From positions 6,173 to 70,172 of the forward strand of contig JAPXLN010000002.1 in the NCBI GenBank assembly GCA_033809515.1: 64,000 bases of DNA, given 5' to 3'. The notes beneath the pieces were generated by a model. The model made no database searches. It was not told the DNA's origin and saw nothing but the letters and a program-made list of their open reading frames with translations. The translations under genes and the position numbers were made by a program. Positions 27,413 through 37,222 of the stretch are shown in pieces; position 1 is the first letter of the stretch, and every line of letters starts with the position of its first letter. The DNA comes from Bacillota bacterium (GTDB lineage: Bacteria > Bacillota > Sulfobacillia > Fermentithermobacillales > Fermentithermobacillaceae).

Positions 27413-27922
27413 TTGTCTAGAGCAGTGTATCCCGGCAGTTTTGACCCACCGACTTACGGGCACCTTGACATCATCGAAAGAGCATCCCGCAGTTTCGAGG
27501 CTCTTAAGGTGGTTGTATTTGAGAACGTTCAAAAAGATCCCATGTTTACCGTTGAGGAACGAGTCTCATTGCTAAAAGACGCCTGTGCTCACCTTCCCAA
27601 CGTTGAGGTGGAGTCTTCTTACGGACTTCTGGTGGACTATGCTTGTGCTAACGACATAAACATTGTTGTCAAAGGGCTCAGAGCGGTGTCCGATTTTGAT
27701 TTTGAGTTCAAGATGGCGCTTATGAACAAGAAGCTGGCTCCGGAGATCGAGACCGTCTTTATGATAACGTCACTGAAGTACCTTTATTTGAGTTCCAGCC
27801 TGGTCAAGGAAGTGGCGTACTACGGCGGTTGCATACAGGAGCTTGTACCCCCGCAGGTCGCAAAGAAAGTCTTCGCGCGAGTTCAGGCGGAAAAGAACAG
27901 CAAAACCAGCAAAGGGGTCTGA
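27413..27922 (+). CDS. coaD: Phosphopantetheine adenylyltransferase
   Basis: ..[18 protein letters not shown].. (T/HxGH) and ISS motifs. GGAGGA lies 7 nt before the TTG at 27413. The ORF-track start at 27398 is 5 codons upstream. Confidence 0.85.
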   Translation: MSRAVYPGSFDPPTYGHLDIIERASRSFEALKVVVFENVQKDPMFTVEERVSLLKDACAHLPNVEVESSYGLLVDYACANDINIVVKGLRAVSDFDFEFKMALMNKKLAPEIETVFMITSLKYLYLSSSLVKEVAYYGGCIQELVPPQVAKKVFARVQAEKNSKTSKGV

Positions 27923-28521
27923 TGGCGGTGGTAAACATGGATGTTATGGATATTCTTGATAAGCTTGATGAGTACCTCTCAGAGTGCGCAAGACTGCCTC
28001 TTGTGGGAAAACTCGTTGTTGACGAGGACGAAGTGTTCAACCTTATTGACGACCTGAGAGCAGCTTTGCCGAAAGAATTGGAGCAGGCCCGTTGGGTGCT
28101 GAAACAGCGTGAAGAGATACTGCAGGATGCCCAGAAGCAGCGAGAGGACATGATCAAAGATGCTCAAGGGCAGATAGCCGCTATTGCATCTGAATCGGTT
28201 ATTGCCAGAGAGGCCAGGGCTCAGGCCGACGGCCTTATGGGCAAGGCCAAGGAGGTGGCCCTGGAGATTAACAGGGGCGCCAGGGAGTATGCAGACGGGG
28301 TACTGGAACGGATTGAGAGAGTGCTGGAAGAGCTGCTTGAGACGACCAGGAGAGATAGGCAGCAGCTGGTGCCGGAACCTTCCGAACAAGATACTGAGGC
28401 CGCTGCGAGCACAGGTGATCTTTCCAGAGCAAGTGAAGAGCTCTATGAAGACTATGAGGAAGAGGACGACCAGGGCCTGGTAGCTTTCAAGAGACGGAGA
28501 CGGGATAGGGTCAGGCCGTAA
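27922..28521 (+). CDS. Hypothetical acidic coiled-coil protein (ATP-synthase b/E-like helical repeats), translationally coupled to coaD
   Basis: The start overlaps the coaD stop (TGATG). It has heptad-rich E/R/Q/A sequence and an acidic C-terminus (..EELYEDYEEEDDQG..). No TM helix. Confidence 0.5.
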   Translation: MAVVNMDVMDILDKLDEYLSECARLPLVGKLVVDEDEVFNLIDDLRAALPKELEQARWVLKQREEILQDAQKQREDMIKDAQGQIAAIASESVIAREARAQADGLMGKAKEVALEINRGAREYADGVLERIERVLEELLETTRRDRQQLVPEPSEQDTEAAASTGDLSRASEELYEDYEEEDDQGLVAFKRRRRDRVRP

Positions 28522-29799
28522 TCATATACGCCGCCGGTTCTTTTTTAGGACGCCCTCAGCCAGCACTAACAGGCCGCCGCCGGCCATGATTCCTATACAC
28601 ATCAGGCACAGCTTGGTGGCTAGACCCAGATTCCCCAGCCATGCAAGGGACCCGGTTATGATGACGGGTTCGAAGGCGGGGAGGGCCCACCGTGCGCTGC
28701 TAGGCTTCATAAGGAAAATGGTGTAGATGGCAGCCAGAACTCCCTGTAGTGCCCTTGACATGGTATAGGGCCACACAGACATTCCGCTTGGCTGAATGAC
28801 CGCTGCTACTTGAGCGTGAACCGAAAGACCGCTCCATGCGATTATGGCGCTGCATATGGCTGCCCTTGAGACCAACGATGCCTGCGCTGCGCTGGCAAGA
28901 GAGGTTCCTATGGTTATCTCAAAGATGCCACTGATGAGTGCGTCGTGAAGGGATGCAGGAAGGATGGATTCAGGCACTATCCTTGTAAGGAGGCGAGATA
29001 AGGCAGCCGAGGTTCCGGCGAGCTTGAGGATTTCGAATATGACCGAAAAAAGAACGATGAACCCCAGAATAACCAGGAGCGTGTTTATTGACTTTTTGAC
29101 CGCGTCGCCAAGGAGTTCCCCAAAGGCCCTAGGGTCTTCTGATTGTGCTTTTTTCATAGCTCTATAGGCCCGGCGGAGCACAAATGCATTGTCGTCTACC
29201 TCCGGCAGAGGAGTCCTGTCAGTCTCGGCCCGCCAAAACCGCATAGCGACTCCAATCGTAAGCGCTGACAGGTAATGAGCTGCGACAATGATCAGTGCAA
29301 GGTCAGTTCTTTTGAACATTCCCACTGCCACTGCGCCGGTCATAAAAAGAGGATCCGATGTGTTGCAAAAACACATGAGTCGTTCGGCCTCGGTCTTGGT
29401 GGCAAGATTATCCTCCATCAGGCGGGCCGAAAGGGCCGCTCCGAGAGGATAACCTGATGCCAGCCCCATGGCCAGGGTGAACGAACCGGCCCCTGGAACG
29501 TTGAAGACAGGTCTCATTACAGGTTCCATGAGGACCCCCATGAAGTGGACGGTGCCTGTGCCCATCATCAGCTCTGCAGCTATGAAAAAAGGGAGAAGGG
29601 CCGGAAGGACTACCTCCCACCAAACGCCCAATCCTCTTTCAGCTGCTTTGAATGACGGCTCAGGGAGTAGTATCATTGACAGGGCTATAACGATCACGGT
29701 AAGAGGAACTCCGAGGGAGGCGAGAGCTTCTCTTCTTCGGCCTCTTGCAAGGAATAGTAGTATTATGGCAAGGGACAAAAATAGCGGAGCGGTCTTCAT
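28522..29799 (-). CDS. ylbJ: Sporulation integral membrane protein YlbJ (nucleoside-recognition-type transporter fold)
   Basis: About 425-aa polytopic membrane protein at the conserved position after coaD, on the opposite strand. The ATG at 29799 has minus-strand AGGAGGA 6 nt upstream. The ORF-track start is at 29868. Confidence 0.7.
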   Translation of the reverse strand: MKTAPLFLSLAIILLFLARGRRREALASLGVPLTVIVIALSMILLPEPSFKAAERGLGVWWEVVLPALLPFFIAAELMMGTGTVHFMGVLMEPVMRPVFNVPGAGSFTLAMGLASGYPLGAALSARLMEDNLATKTEAERLMCFCNTSDPLFMTGAVAVGMFKRTDLALIIVAAHYLSALTIGVAMRFWRAETDRTPLPEVDDNAFVLRRAYRAMKKAQSEDPRAFGELLGDAVKKSINTLLVILGFIVLFSVIFEILKLAGTSAALSRLLTRIVPESILPASLHDALISGIFEITIGTSLASAAQASLVSRAAICSAIIAWSGLSVHAQVAAVIQPSGMSVWPYTMSRALQGVLAAIYTIFLMKPSSARWALPAFEPVIITGSLAWLGNLGLATKLCLMCIGIMAGGGLLVLAEGVLKKNRRRI

Positions 29800-29861
29800 A
29801 TTGAATCCTCCTAAGGTTCGCTCTAAATCTATATGGATGAAGGGAAAGGGGTATTCGAGAA

Positions 29862-30596
29862 TTGACAAGGAGAACCTTGAGCCAGCGAAAGCGCCTGCTC
29901 ATATGGACCATTGTGGCAGCTGTTCTTGTGAGCTTCCTGGTCGCTCCGTCTGGATATTTGCTGGTTCTCCCAGGGCCGGTTTCTTCTCTTAGTCAGGCAG
30001 TTACGGTTGAAGGGGCCCCTGCTTCCGAAGGCGGTTCGTTCTACATGGTGTCGGTGGTAGCAAAAGAGATCAGGGTAGCCAGGTTGATCCTCTCGTTGTT
30101 TGACCCCGGGGCAGCTCTGTGGTCAAAACGAAGCGTACTGGCCGGGAGGACTCTGGAGGAATACGAAGCAGACAACCGTGCGCTTATGGAAGAGAGCCAG
30201 AAGACCGCCTGCTATGTGGCGTTTCAAGCATGCGGGTTTCCTGTCACGCCTGGCGGACCGTTTCCTCGGACGGTTACGGTAGTCAGCGGCGATGTGATGG
30301 GGCCTTCGGCCGGGCTCACCTTTGCTCTGGAGGTACTGGCCAGGCTGAAAGGGTACGGCTTTGAAGGTCTGGGCAAGGCGGCAGCCACCGGGACCCTGGA
30401 CGTGTGGGGTGAGGTCGGCCCGGTAGGAGGGATAGCTCAAAAGACGATTGCGTGCAGGGAGGAGGGCATTGAGCTGTTCCTGGTTCCTGCTTTAAACGAA
30501 GAGGAAGCAAGACGATATGCCGGTCACATGAAGGTAGTAGGCGTCAGATCTTTCCAAGAGGCGCTTCGGACCCTTCCGGAAGGATTGATTCCTTGA
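29862..30596 (+). CDS. YlbL-like membrane-anchored Lon (S16) C-terminal protease-domain protein, no PDZ domain
   Basis: N-terminal TM helix, a Lon catalytic Ser motif (DVMGPSAGLTFALEV), and a downstream Lys (..GGIAQKTIA..). It is shorter than B. subtilis YlbL. Confidence 0.6.
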   Translation: MTRRTLSQRKRLLIWTIVAAVLVSFLVAPSGYLLVLPGPVSSLSQAVTVEGAPASEGGSFYMVSVVAKEIRVARLILSLFDPGAALWSKRSVLAGRTLEEYEADNRALMEESQKTACYVAFQACGFPVTPGGPFPRTVTVVSGDVMGPSAGLTFALEVLARLKGYGFEGLGKAAATGTLDVWGEVGPVGGIAQKTIACREEGIELFLVPALNEEEARRYAGHMKVVGVRSFQEALRTLPEGLIP

Positions 30597-30626
30597 CAGT
30601 AGGTTTTTTATGTAGATATAATCCGT

Positions 30627-31193
30627 TTGTATTCGTTACGTGGGGTGACCCTATTGAAACTTGATGTGTCTTCTATACTGAATCATCCAGGTTCGACTAT
30701 TGCCTTCGAACTTGAAGAGAAGATCAGTTCCCCCGTTGAGGGCGTAAGCCTGCCGGAAGGGGTCAGTGTAAGAGGAGTGGCCACGTCTTTGGGCCAGCAC
30801 GTTTACATTGAAGGGGAAGCTGCCGGCAGAGTTGAGTTGGTTTGCTCCCGGTGTCTGACAGATTTTGGGAGGCCTTTTGAGGTTGCTTTTGAGGGCAAGT
30901 TCGTCCCTGAGGAAATGCTGGAGGGATGGACCAAAGATGAGGATGAGACAGAAGTCTACGGACTGGATGGAACAACCTGTGACCTGTCTGTCATGGTCCT
31001 CCAGGAGATCCTACTCAACTTGCCTATGAAGCCTCTATGCTCTCCTGGCTGCAAGGGCCTTTGTCCCGTTTGTGGACAGAACCGGAATGAAGGTTCCTGT
31101 ATGTGCCCGGAGACACCGGAAGACCTCACGCCTTTCGGTAAGAAGTTCATGGATGCGCTCGCGGAAAGGAGCAAGAAAGATGGCCGTACCTAA
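30627..31193 (+). CDS. yceD: YceD/DUF177 large-subunit rRNA accumulation protein
   Basis: Four-Cys cluster (CSRCL..C..C..CPVC). Its position immediately upstream of rpmF is conserved. Confidence 0.8.
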   Translation: MYSLRGVTLLKLDVSSILNHPGSTIAFELEEKISSPVEGVSLPEGVSVRGVATSLGQHVYIEGEAAGRVELVCSRCLTDFGRPFEVAFEGKFVPEEMLEGWTKDEDETEVYGLDGTTCDLSVMVLQEILLNLPMKPLCSPGCKGLCPVCGQNRNEGSCMCPETPEDLTPFGKKFMDALAERSKKDGRT

Positions 31194-31362
31194 GAAACGG
31201 ACTTCGTCTGCCAGACGAGATAAGAGAAGGGCCAATTGGCGATTGCGTGCGCCTGGGTTGGTTGCGTGTTCCCGGTGTCGCGCGCTGATTCTGCCTCACC
31301 GTGTATGCCCTGAATGCGGGTACTATGACGGCAAGGAAGTAATCAAGAAAAAAGCGAAGTAG
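31180..31362 (+). CDS. rpmF: 50S ribosomal protein L32
   Basis: MAVPKKRTSSARRDKRRANWRL..CSRC..CPECG.. Confidence 0.85.
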   Translation: MAVPKKRTSSARRDKRRANWRLRAPGLVACSRCRALILPHRVCPECGYYDGKEVIKKKAK

Positions 31363-31374
31363 ACATCTATCGCT

Positions 31375-31409
31375 AAAAAAAGGCCGGCCTGATTGGCCGG
31401 CCTTTTTGC
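31375..31409. terminator. Bidirectional rho-independent terminator after rpmF
   Basis: aaaaaaGGCCGGCCtgattGGCCGGCCttttt. Confidence 0.7.
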
Positions 31410-31444
31410 CATGCAAGACCTTTACGGCTCTTTGGAGAAAAGGA

Positions 31445-31503
31445 TTGCACTGTGCCGGCAAGGGATATATACTTCATCTTAATACCAAGGTATTAGTACC
31501 AGG
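31445..31503 (+). promoter_or_regulatory. fapR operon promoter (TTGCAC-17-TATACT) with an overlapping FapR-box-like palindrome
   Basis: -35 at 31445-50 and -10 at 31468-73. The palindrome TAATACCaagGTATTA and an adjacent TTAGTACCAGG lie at 31478-31503, resembling the B. subtilis FapR operator (TTAGTACC..GGTACTAA). Confidence 0.5.
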
Positions 31504-31527
31504 CCGTAATTCACAGGAGTGATCCAT

Positions 31528-32079
31528 GTGACCCCCGGACCTAAAGTACGCAGGGAACACCTAAAGTCGATCTTAAGTGAGAACCCATTTCTTTCAGACG
31601 GAAAGCTTGCCCGGCACCTGGGTGTCAGTGTCCAGACTATTAGGCTCGACCGTCTGGCCTTGGGCATTCCCGATCAAAGAACTCGGACCAAGCAGGTGGC
31701 AGAGCGGGTCTACGGTCGTGTCAGAGCTTTGGGACAGAGGGAGATCATCGGTGAGCTTATCGATGTGGAGTTGGGAAAGTCCGCCATATCAGCCCTGGAA
31801 ACTCTGCCTGACATGGCTTTTGAGCGTTCCGGCATAGTAAGAAGCCACTATATTTTCGCGCAGGCAGAGTCACTGGCTTTGTGTGTCATCGACGCCAAGA
31901 ACGTTGTAACCGGAATTGCCAACCTGAAGTTTAAGAGATCTGCCAGAGTGGGAGAAAGGCTGATCGCCAAGGCACAGGTGATCAGGGTCAAGGGCAACAA
32001 GACAGTAGTCCTTGTTGAAACACGGGCAGGTGATGAGGATGTGTTTCGTGGGAAGTTCCTGGTCTTTGCGCTGGAGTGA
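31528..32079 (+). CDS. fapR: Fatty-acid/phospholipid synthesis repressor FapR
   Basis: An HTH (..LARHLGVSVQTIRLDRLALGIP..) plus a hot-dog thioesterase-like C-domain. It sits upstream of plsX. Confidence 0.85.
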   Translation: MTPGPKVRREHLKSILSENPFLSDGKLARHLGVSVQTIRLDRLALGIPDQRTRTKQVAERVYGRVRALGQREIIGELIDVELGKSAISALETLPDMAFERSGIVRSHYIFAQAESLALCVIDAKNVVTGIANLKFKRSARVGERLIAKAQVIRVKGNKTVVLVETRAGDEDVFRGKFLVFALE

Positions 32080-32109
32080 TTGCAGGACGAGACCGCCGGA
32101 GGTGACTAC

Positions 32110-33156
32110 ATGGCAAACCAAGCTTGCGAAAAGCAGCCAGTAATAGCGGTGGATCTGATGGGAGGAGACAGGGCGCCTGTCACTGCTGTTGAGGGATGCG
32201 TCACGGTTCTCAAACGAGGCTTCCGAATCCTGGCGCTTGGCAGCGAGGAAGCCGTCAACATGCTTCTTGAAAAGGGTCCGTTCGACACTCTCGAAACCCT
32301 CGTTTGCAGCCAGCACATACTTGCCGACGAGCCCCCCTTGCAGGCCATCAAAGGAAAACCGGATTCCACCATCTGCAAAGGGCTTGACCTGGTTAAGGAA
32401 GGACGTGCAGGCGCACTTGTGTCAGGTGGTTCCACAGGAGCTCTGGTAGCAGGAGGGGTCATCATACTCGGACGTGCTCCGGGCGTAGATAAGCCATGTC
32501 TGGGGACGGTGCTCCCTTCAGCCAACGGGCGTGGTGTGTTTTTCTGCGACCTGGGCGCCTCCTCGGATGTGCGCCCTCATACTTTGGTCCAGTTTGCCGT
32601 CATGGCGAAAACAGCTGCTGAATCTGTCCTTGGCTGGAGCAATCCTGGAGTGTATCTCCTGAATATTGGGACTGAACCTGAGAAAGGCAATGCCGTCATG
32701 CGGAGAGCTTTTGGCATGCTCCAGGAAGCTCCGGTTCGCTTCTGCGGGAACGTGGAGGCCAGAGACGTTATGTCGGGCATGGCGGATGTGGTCGTGACAG
32801 ACGGTTTCACAGGGAACGTTTTCCTGAAAACGTGTGAAGGGGTAGCTGGGTTTCAGATGGGGGTTTTGCGAAGAGAGATTGAGTCGTCGATCTTGACGAA
32901 AGTGTCAGGGCTGGCCCTCAGGCCCGCGTTTAGAAGGGCCAAGGAGCTCCTGGACTATTCCAGCTATGGCGGCGCCATGTTGTTAGGATTGCAGGGATGT
33001 GTCGTCAAATGCCATGGAGCTTCCGGTCCCGCTGCAATGGCCCGCGGCATTGAGAGGGCCGCTCTTTTCCTTGAACGGGATGTAGCTGCCACCATAGTTA
33101 CGGTCTTATCTGAAATGCCTGAGCAGACCCAAAGTCCACGGCGAGAGGGACACTGA
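32110..33156 (+). CDS. plsX: Phosphate acyltransferase PlsX
   Basis: MANQ..IAVDLMGGD.. start with GGAGGTG upstream, and the full-length PlsX pattern. Confidence 0.9.
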   Translation: MANQACEKQPVIAVDLMGGDRAPVTAVEGCVTVLKRGFRILALGSEEAVNMLLEKGPFDTLETLVCSQHILADEPPLQAIKGKPDSTICKGLDLVKEGRAGALVSGGSTGALVAGGVIILGRAPGVDKPCLGTVLPSANGRGVFFCDLGASSDVRPHTLVQFAVMAKTAAESVLGWSNPGVYLLNIGTEPEKGNAVMRRAFGMLQEAPVRFCGNVEARDVMSGMADVVVTDGFTGNVFLKTCEGVAGFQMGVLRREIESSILTKVSGLALRPAFRRAKELLDYSSYGGAMLLGLQGCVVKCHGASGPAAMARGIERAALFLERDVAATIVTVLSEMPEQTQSPRREGH

Positions 33157-33198
33157 ATCTTTGGGCTATGCACAAAGGCCTAAGGGAGAGTAACTCAT

Positions 33199-34188
33199 AT
33201 GAGCGTTGTGAGACAGGTTAAGATCGCGGCCGTGAGCTCTTATGTACCTTCCGGAGTTTTGACCAACGCTGACCTTGAGCGGATGGTTGATACATCCGAT
33301 GAATGGATACTGGAGAGAACAGGCATACGTACACGTCATGTTGCAGACAGCCAAACCGCCACTTCAGACCTTGCCAGGGAGGCTGCCCTGGAATGTCTGT
33401 CCAATGCAGGTGTCATGCCATCAGAACTGGATCTGATCATTGTGGCCTCGGCCACGCCGGACCACCTGTTTCCTGCAACGGCGTGCATAGTCCAACAATC
33501 TATCGGTGCTGCTCGGGCGGCAGCTTTCGACATGGAAATCGGTTGCACAGGGTTTATATATGCTATAGCTGCAGGTTCCCAATTTGTGGCCTCAGGCGTC
33601 TACGAAAAGGTTCTGGTTATCGGGGCTGAGACGTTGTCCAGGTTCGTTAACTGGTCGGATAGAACCACATGCTGCCTGTTTGGGGATGGGGCAGGAGCTT
33701 GTCTTCTGGTTCCAGGAGAACCCAACCAGGGCATTATCGGCATGAGCCTGGGTGCCGACGGTTCTTCATCCCATCTGTTGAAGCTTCCTGCAGGGCTATC
33801 CAGATTGCCTGCCAGTCATCAAACAGTAGATGCGGGGATGCATTACATCCACATGGAAGGAAAAGCTGTGTTTAAGTTTGCAGTGAAAATAGTCGCTGAG
33901 TCAGTCACCCAGCTTCTCAATTCCTGTGGAAAGTCACTGGATGACATAGACCTGTTCATCCCCCACCAGGCTAACATACGCATTATCGATTCGGCCCTTG
34001 GGCGGCTGGACATACCCCGGGAGAAAGTAGTCATCAACGTTGACAGGTACGGCAACACATCCTCGGCGTCGGTTCCCATAGCTTTGTCTGAGGCTGTCCG
34101 GGAAGGGCGTTTGAGAAGGGGCGACCTTGTGGTTCTGGTCGCCTTTGGCGCAGGTTTGAGTTGGGGGTCGTTAGCTATTATCTGGTAA
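33199..34188 (+). CDS. fabH: 3-oxoacyl-ACP synthase III
   Basis: Cys-His-Asn triad context (..GCTGFIYA.., ..HQANIRI.., ..YGNTSSAS..). Confidence 0.9.
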   Translation: MSVVRQVKIAAVSSYVPSGVLTNADLERMVDTSDEWILERTGIRTRHVADSQTATSDLAREAALECLSNAGVMPSELDLIIVASATPDHLFPATACIVQQSIGAARAAAFDMEIGCTGFIYAIAAGSQFVASGVYEKVLVIGAETLSRFVNWSDRTTCCLFGDGAGACLLVPGEPNQGIIGMSLGADGSSSHLLKLPAGLSRLPASHQTVDAGMHYIHMEGKAVFKFAVKIVAESVTQLLNSCGKSLDDIDLFIPHQANIRIIDSALGRLDIPREKVVINVDRYGNTSSASVPIALSEAVREGRLRRGDLVVLVAFGAGLSWGSLAIIW

Positions 34189-34205
34189 AGAAAGGGGAGT
34201 TCAGC

Positions 34206-35063
34206 GTGTCCGGAGTGAGGATCGTGACTGATACAGCCCAGGACTTTGCCCCAGAGGTTCTCCTTGCTAAGGGGATTGCATTAGTGCCTCTTACGGTTCA
34301 TTTTGGCGACGAGTCGTACCGGGATGCTTTTGAGATGCGCGGCAAGAAGTTTTACGACAAACTGAGAACGTCAAAGCATCATCCCCATACATCACAGCCG
34401 TCTCCGGCTGAGTTTGAGCGTGTGTTCAGAGAGCTAACCGCAGATGGAGACAAGGTAGTGGCCATTACCCTGTCGGCGGCCCTCAGCGGAACCTACCAGG
34501 CGGCATGTCTTGCAAGAAATGAGCTTCCCGACAGAGAGATCGCTGTGATCGACTCTAAGCAGGCATGCGGTGGTTACGGTATCATGGCTCTGCTCGCTCA
34601 AGAAATGGCCGGGGAAGGCGCCGATTTTGACGAGGTGGTTTCCGCTGTGGATAGTATGGTCCAAAACATGACCACATTGTTCTCAGTGGATACCCTTGAT
34701 TACCTGGCCAGAAACGGACGGATTGGCCGGGCCCAGCACCTGCTTGGGACCATGCTCAACATGAAACCCCTATTGGCCCTAGACCGGGAGGGTTATGTTA
34801 CTGCGCTGGATCGTGTCAGAGGCAAAACTAAAGTCATAGGGCGCATGCTGCAGCTGGCCCAGGACAGGATTCCCGGAGGGTCGCCTGTTGTTGTCGCGAT
34901 TATGCATGCAGAGGCCCCACAGGAAATGGAGAATCTTAAGGTGGCCGTCAGCGATGTATACAGGGTAAACCGGTTGTTTGAGGGTGAGATCGGCAGCGTC
35001 ATAGGCAGTCATGTGGGACCGGGCACTGTTGCCCTTTTTCTTTTGCCGGAGCGCCCTTCCTGA
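34206..35063 (+). CDS. DegV-family fatty-acid-binding protein
   Basis: ..IVTDTAQDF.. start. AAAGGGGAG lies 6 nt before the GTG. DegV fold length. Confidence 0.8.
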   Translation: MSGVRIVTDTAQDFAPEVLLAKGIALVPLTVHFGDESYRDAFEMRGKKFYDKLRTSKHHPHTSQPSPAEFERVFRELTADGDKVVAITLSAALSGTYQAACLARNELPDREIAVIDSKQACGGYGIMALLAQEMAGEGADFDEVVSAVDSMVQNMTTLFSVDTLDYLARNGRIGRAQHLLGTMLNMKPLLALDREGYVTALDRVRGKTKVIGRMLQLAQDRIPGGSPVVVAIMHAEAPQEMENLKVAVSDVYRVNRLFEGEIGSVIGSHVGPGTVALFLLPERPS

Positions 35064-35133
35064 ACGCATCACAGCCCATCCAGAAGGTGGGCCGCTCAAG
35101 GCAGCATACCGGCATTTGTGGGAGGTGGCTTTT

Positions 35134-36078
35134 TTGGCCAAGATTGCCTGGGTGTTTCCGGGTCAGGGAGCTCAATTTGTGGGCATGGGCAAGGAACTCT
35201 ACAAAGAGTTCCCTCAGGCCAGATCAGTCTTTGATTCTGCTGACAGAGTTCTGAAACGAAGTCTTTCAGAGATTATGTTTCAAGGGCCGGGCGAGGAGCT
35301 GACCCTTACCTACAACGCCCAGCCTGCGTTGTTGACTGTGGAAGTTGCGTGCACGAGAATCCTTCAGGCAAACGGTCTTCAGCCGGACGTAGTGGCCGGA
35401 TTGAGCCTGGGCGAGTACAGCGCTCTTGTTGTGGCTGACAGTTTAGATTTTGAAGAAGCTGTGATGCTTACGTACAAGCGAGGCGTCTATATGCAAGAGG
35501 CGTGTCCTCCGGGCCGGGGTGCCATGGCCGCCATTTTGGGACTGACCTGTGCCGAAGTTGAGGCTTTGTGCTTCGAGTCAAAGGATACAGGAGTTGTTCT
35601 TCCGGCCAACTATAACTGTCCCGGACAGACTGTGATTTCCGGTGAGAAGAGCGCAGTAGAGCATGTAGCCCGGAAAGCTCAGGAGCGGGGCATCAGGACT
35701 ATCCCCCTTGCAGTCAGCGCGCCTTTTCACAGCCCTCTTATGAAAAGTGCGGCTAACAAGCTTGAGGCGGATTTGCTGTCTGTTGCAGTCAGAGCTCCAA
35801 TAGTGCCTGTGTACTCCAATGTTCACGGAGAGATCCTGACTTCATCTGAGTCGGTCCGCTCTGCCCTTATCAAACAGGTTACAAGCCCTGTGCTGTGGCA
35901 AGTTTGCGTTGAATCTATGATCCGCGACGGCGCCGGAGCTTTTGTAGAGGTGGGGCCGGGCAAGAGTTTGGCCGGCTTTGGCAAGCGTATATCCCCGGGA
36001 ATGCCTTATGCTTCATTTTCGTCTCCGAGGGACCTGGATTCAGTGCTTGCATTTACCGAGGAGGCTTTGCTAACATGA
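35134..36078 (+). CDS. fabD: Malonyl-CoA:ACP transacylase
   Basis: ..AWVFPGQGAQ.. and GLSLGEYSAL (active-site Ser). GGAGGTGG lies 5 nt before the TTG at 35134. Confidence 0.9.
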   Translation: MAKIAWVFPGQGAQFVGMGKELYKEFPQARSVFDSADRVLKRSLSEIMFQGPGEELTLTYNAQPALLTVEVACTRILQANGLQPDVVAGLSLGEYSALVVADSLDFEEAVMLTYKRGVYMQEACPPGRGAMAAILGLTCAEVEALCFESKDTGVVLPANYNCPGQTVISGEKSAVEHVARKAQERGIRTIPLAVSAPFHSPLMKSAANKLEADLLSVAVRAPIVPVYSNVHGEILTSSESVRSALIKQVTSPVLWQVCVESMIRDGAGAFVEVGPGKSLAGFGKRISPGMPYASFSSPRDLDSVLAFTEEALLT

Positions 36079-36830
36079 TTTCTAGCTCCAGGTCAGCTTT
36101 GGTTACCGGGAGTTCCAGGGGCATAGGGAGAGCTTGTGCCATAGAATTGGCCAGGAGAGGCTTTAAAGTGGGCGTGAACTACTCCAAGGATGAATCCGGC
36201 GCCCTTGAGACAGTCTCCCTTATTGAATCCGGAGGAGGCGAGGCAAGAGCTCTTAAGGCGGATGTCTCCTCTCACGAGGAAGCTAAGGAGCTTGTTGAGG
36301 AGATTGAAGGCGTTTTTGGGCCTGTGGCAGTCCTGGTTGCCAACGCCGGGATAACAAGGGACGCTCTCTTTCTGCGCATGGCTGAAGAAGACTGGGACAG
36401 GGTTCTGGAGGTGAATCTCAAGGGGGTGTACAACGTCACGAGATGGGCAGCCCGGTCCATGGCCAGGCAAAGGTCAGGAAGGATTGTAGCTATTTCCTCT
36501 GTGGTTGCATTCACGGGTAATGTAGGTCAAGCTAACTACTGTGCCTCAAAGGCAGGGGTTATAGGGCTCGTTCGGGGTTTGGCTAAGGAACTGGCTCGCT
36601 ACAGTATTACAGTTAACGCTGTAGCCCCCGGCTACATTCTTACGGAAATGACACAGGGCCTGCCCGGTGACGCAAGAGAGTCTTTCTCCGGTGGAATTCC
36701 TCTTGGCCGTCCAGGCACCCCGGATGACGTGGCATCATTGGTAGGTTTTCTGGCATCGCCTGAAGCGGCATATGTGACGGGACAGGTGGTGGCCGTAGAC
36801 GGTGGTATGGCGGCAGGAGGACTTACATAG
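36075..36830 (+). CDS. fabG: 3-oxoacyl-ACP reductase
   Basis: SDR fold with TGSSRGIG, NAG and YxxxK motifs. ATGA overlap with fabD. Confidence 0.9.
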   Translation: MISSSRSALVTGSSRGIGRACAIELARRGFKVGVNYSKDESGALETVSLIESGGGEARALKADVSSHEEAKELVEEIEGVFGPVAVLVANAGITRDALFLRMAEEDWDRVLEVNLKGVYNVTRWAARSMARQRSGRIVAISSVVAFTGNVGQANYCASKAGVIGLVRGLAKELARYSITVNAVAPGYILTEMTQGLPGDARESFSGGIPLGRPGTPDDVASLVGFLASPEAAYVTGQVVAVDGGMAAGGLT

Positions 36831-36855
36831 TGCTAGTGACAAGGAGGTGTGTTAG

Positions 36856-37101
36856 TTGGCTCAGGATCCGATTTTTGAGAGGGTCAAGAAGATAATTGTT
36901 GACCAGCTTGGCGTCGAAGAAGCTCTGGTGACTCTTGAATCTTCGTTCATAGACGACTTAGGCGCCGATTCTCTTGAGATTGTCGATCTCATTATGGCCT
37001 TTGAAGGAGAGTTTGGGATTACCATTTCCGACGAAGACGCAGAGAACATGTCAAGCGTGGGAGACGTAGTTGAATATCTGAGAGAGAACGTAAAAGACTA
37101 G
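36856..37101 (+). CDS. acpP: Acyl carrier protein
   Basis: ..[17 protein letters not shown].. phosphopantetheine-attachment site. AGGAGGTG RBS. Confidence 0.9.
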   Translation: MAQDPIFERVKKIIVDQLGVEEALVTLESSFIDDLGADSLEIVDLIMAFEGEFGITISDEDAENMSSVGDVVEYLRENVKD

Positions 37102-37222
37102 GTGGCAAGTCCCGCGGCACCGCCTATGGATTGTATGTTCATGCCGGGTCGCCGCGGGACCTGTCTTGATCTGCGGGCGTCTGGGCGAGCGCAGACAGTC
37201 TTGGTGAGAGGATGTTGCCGAA

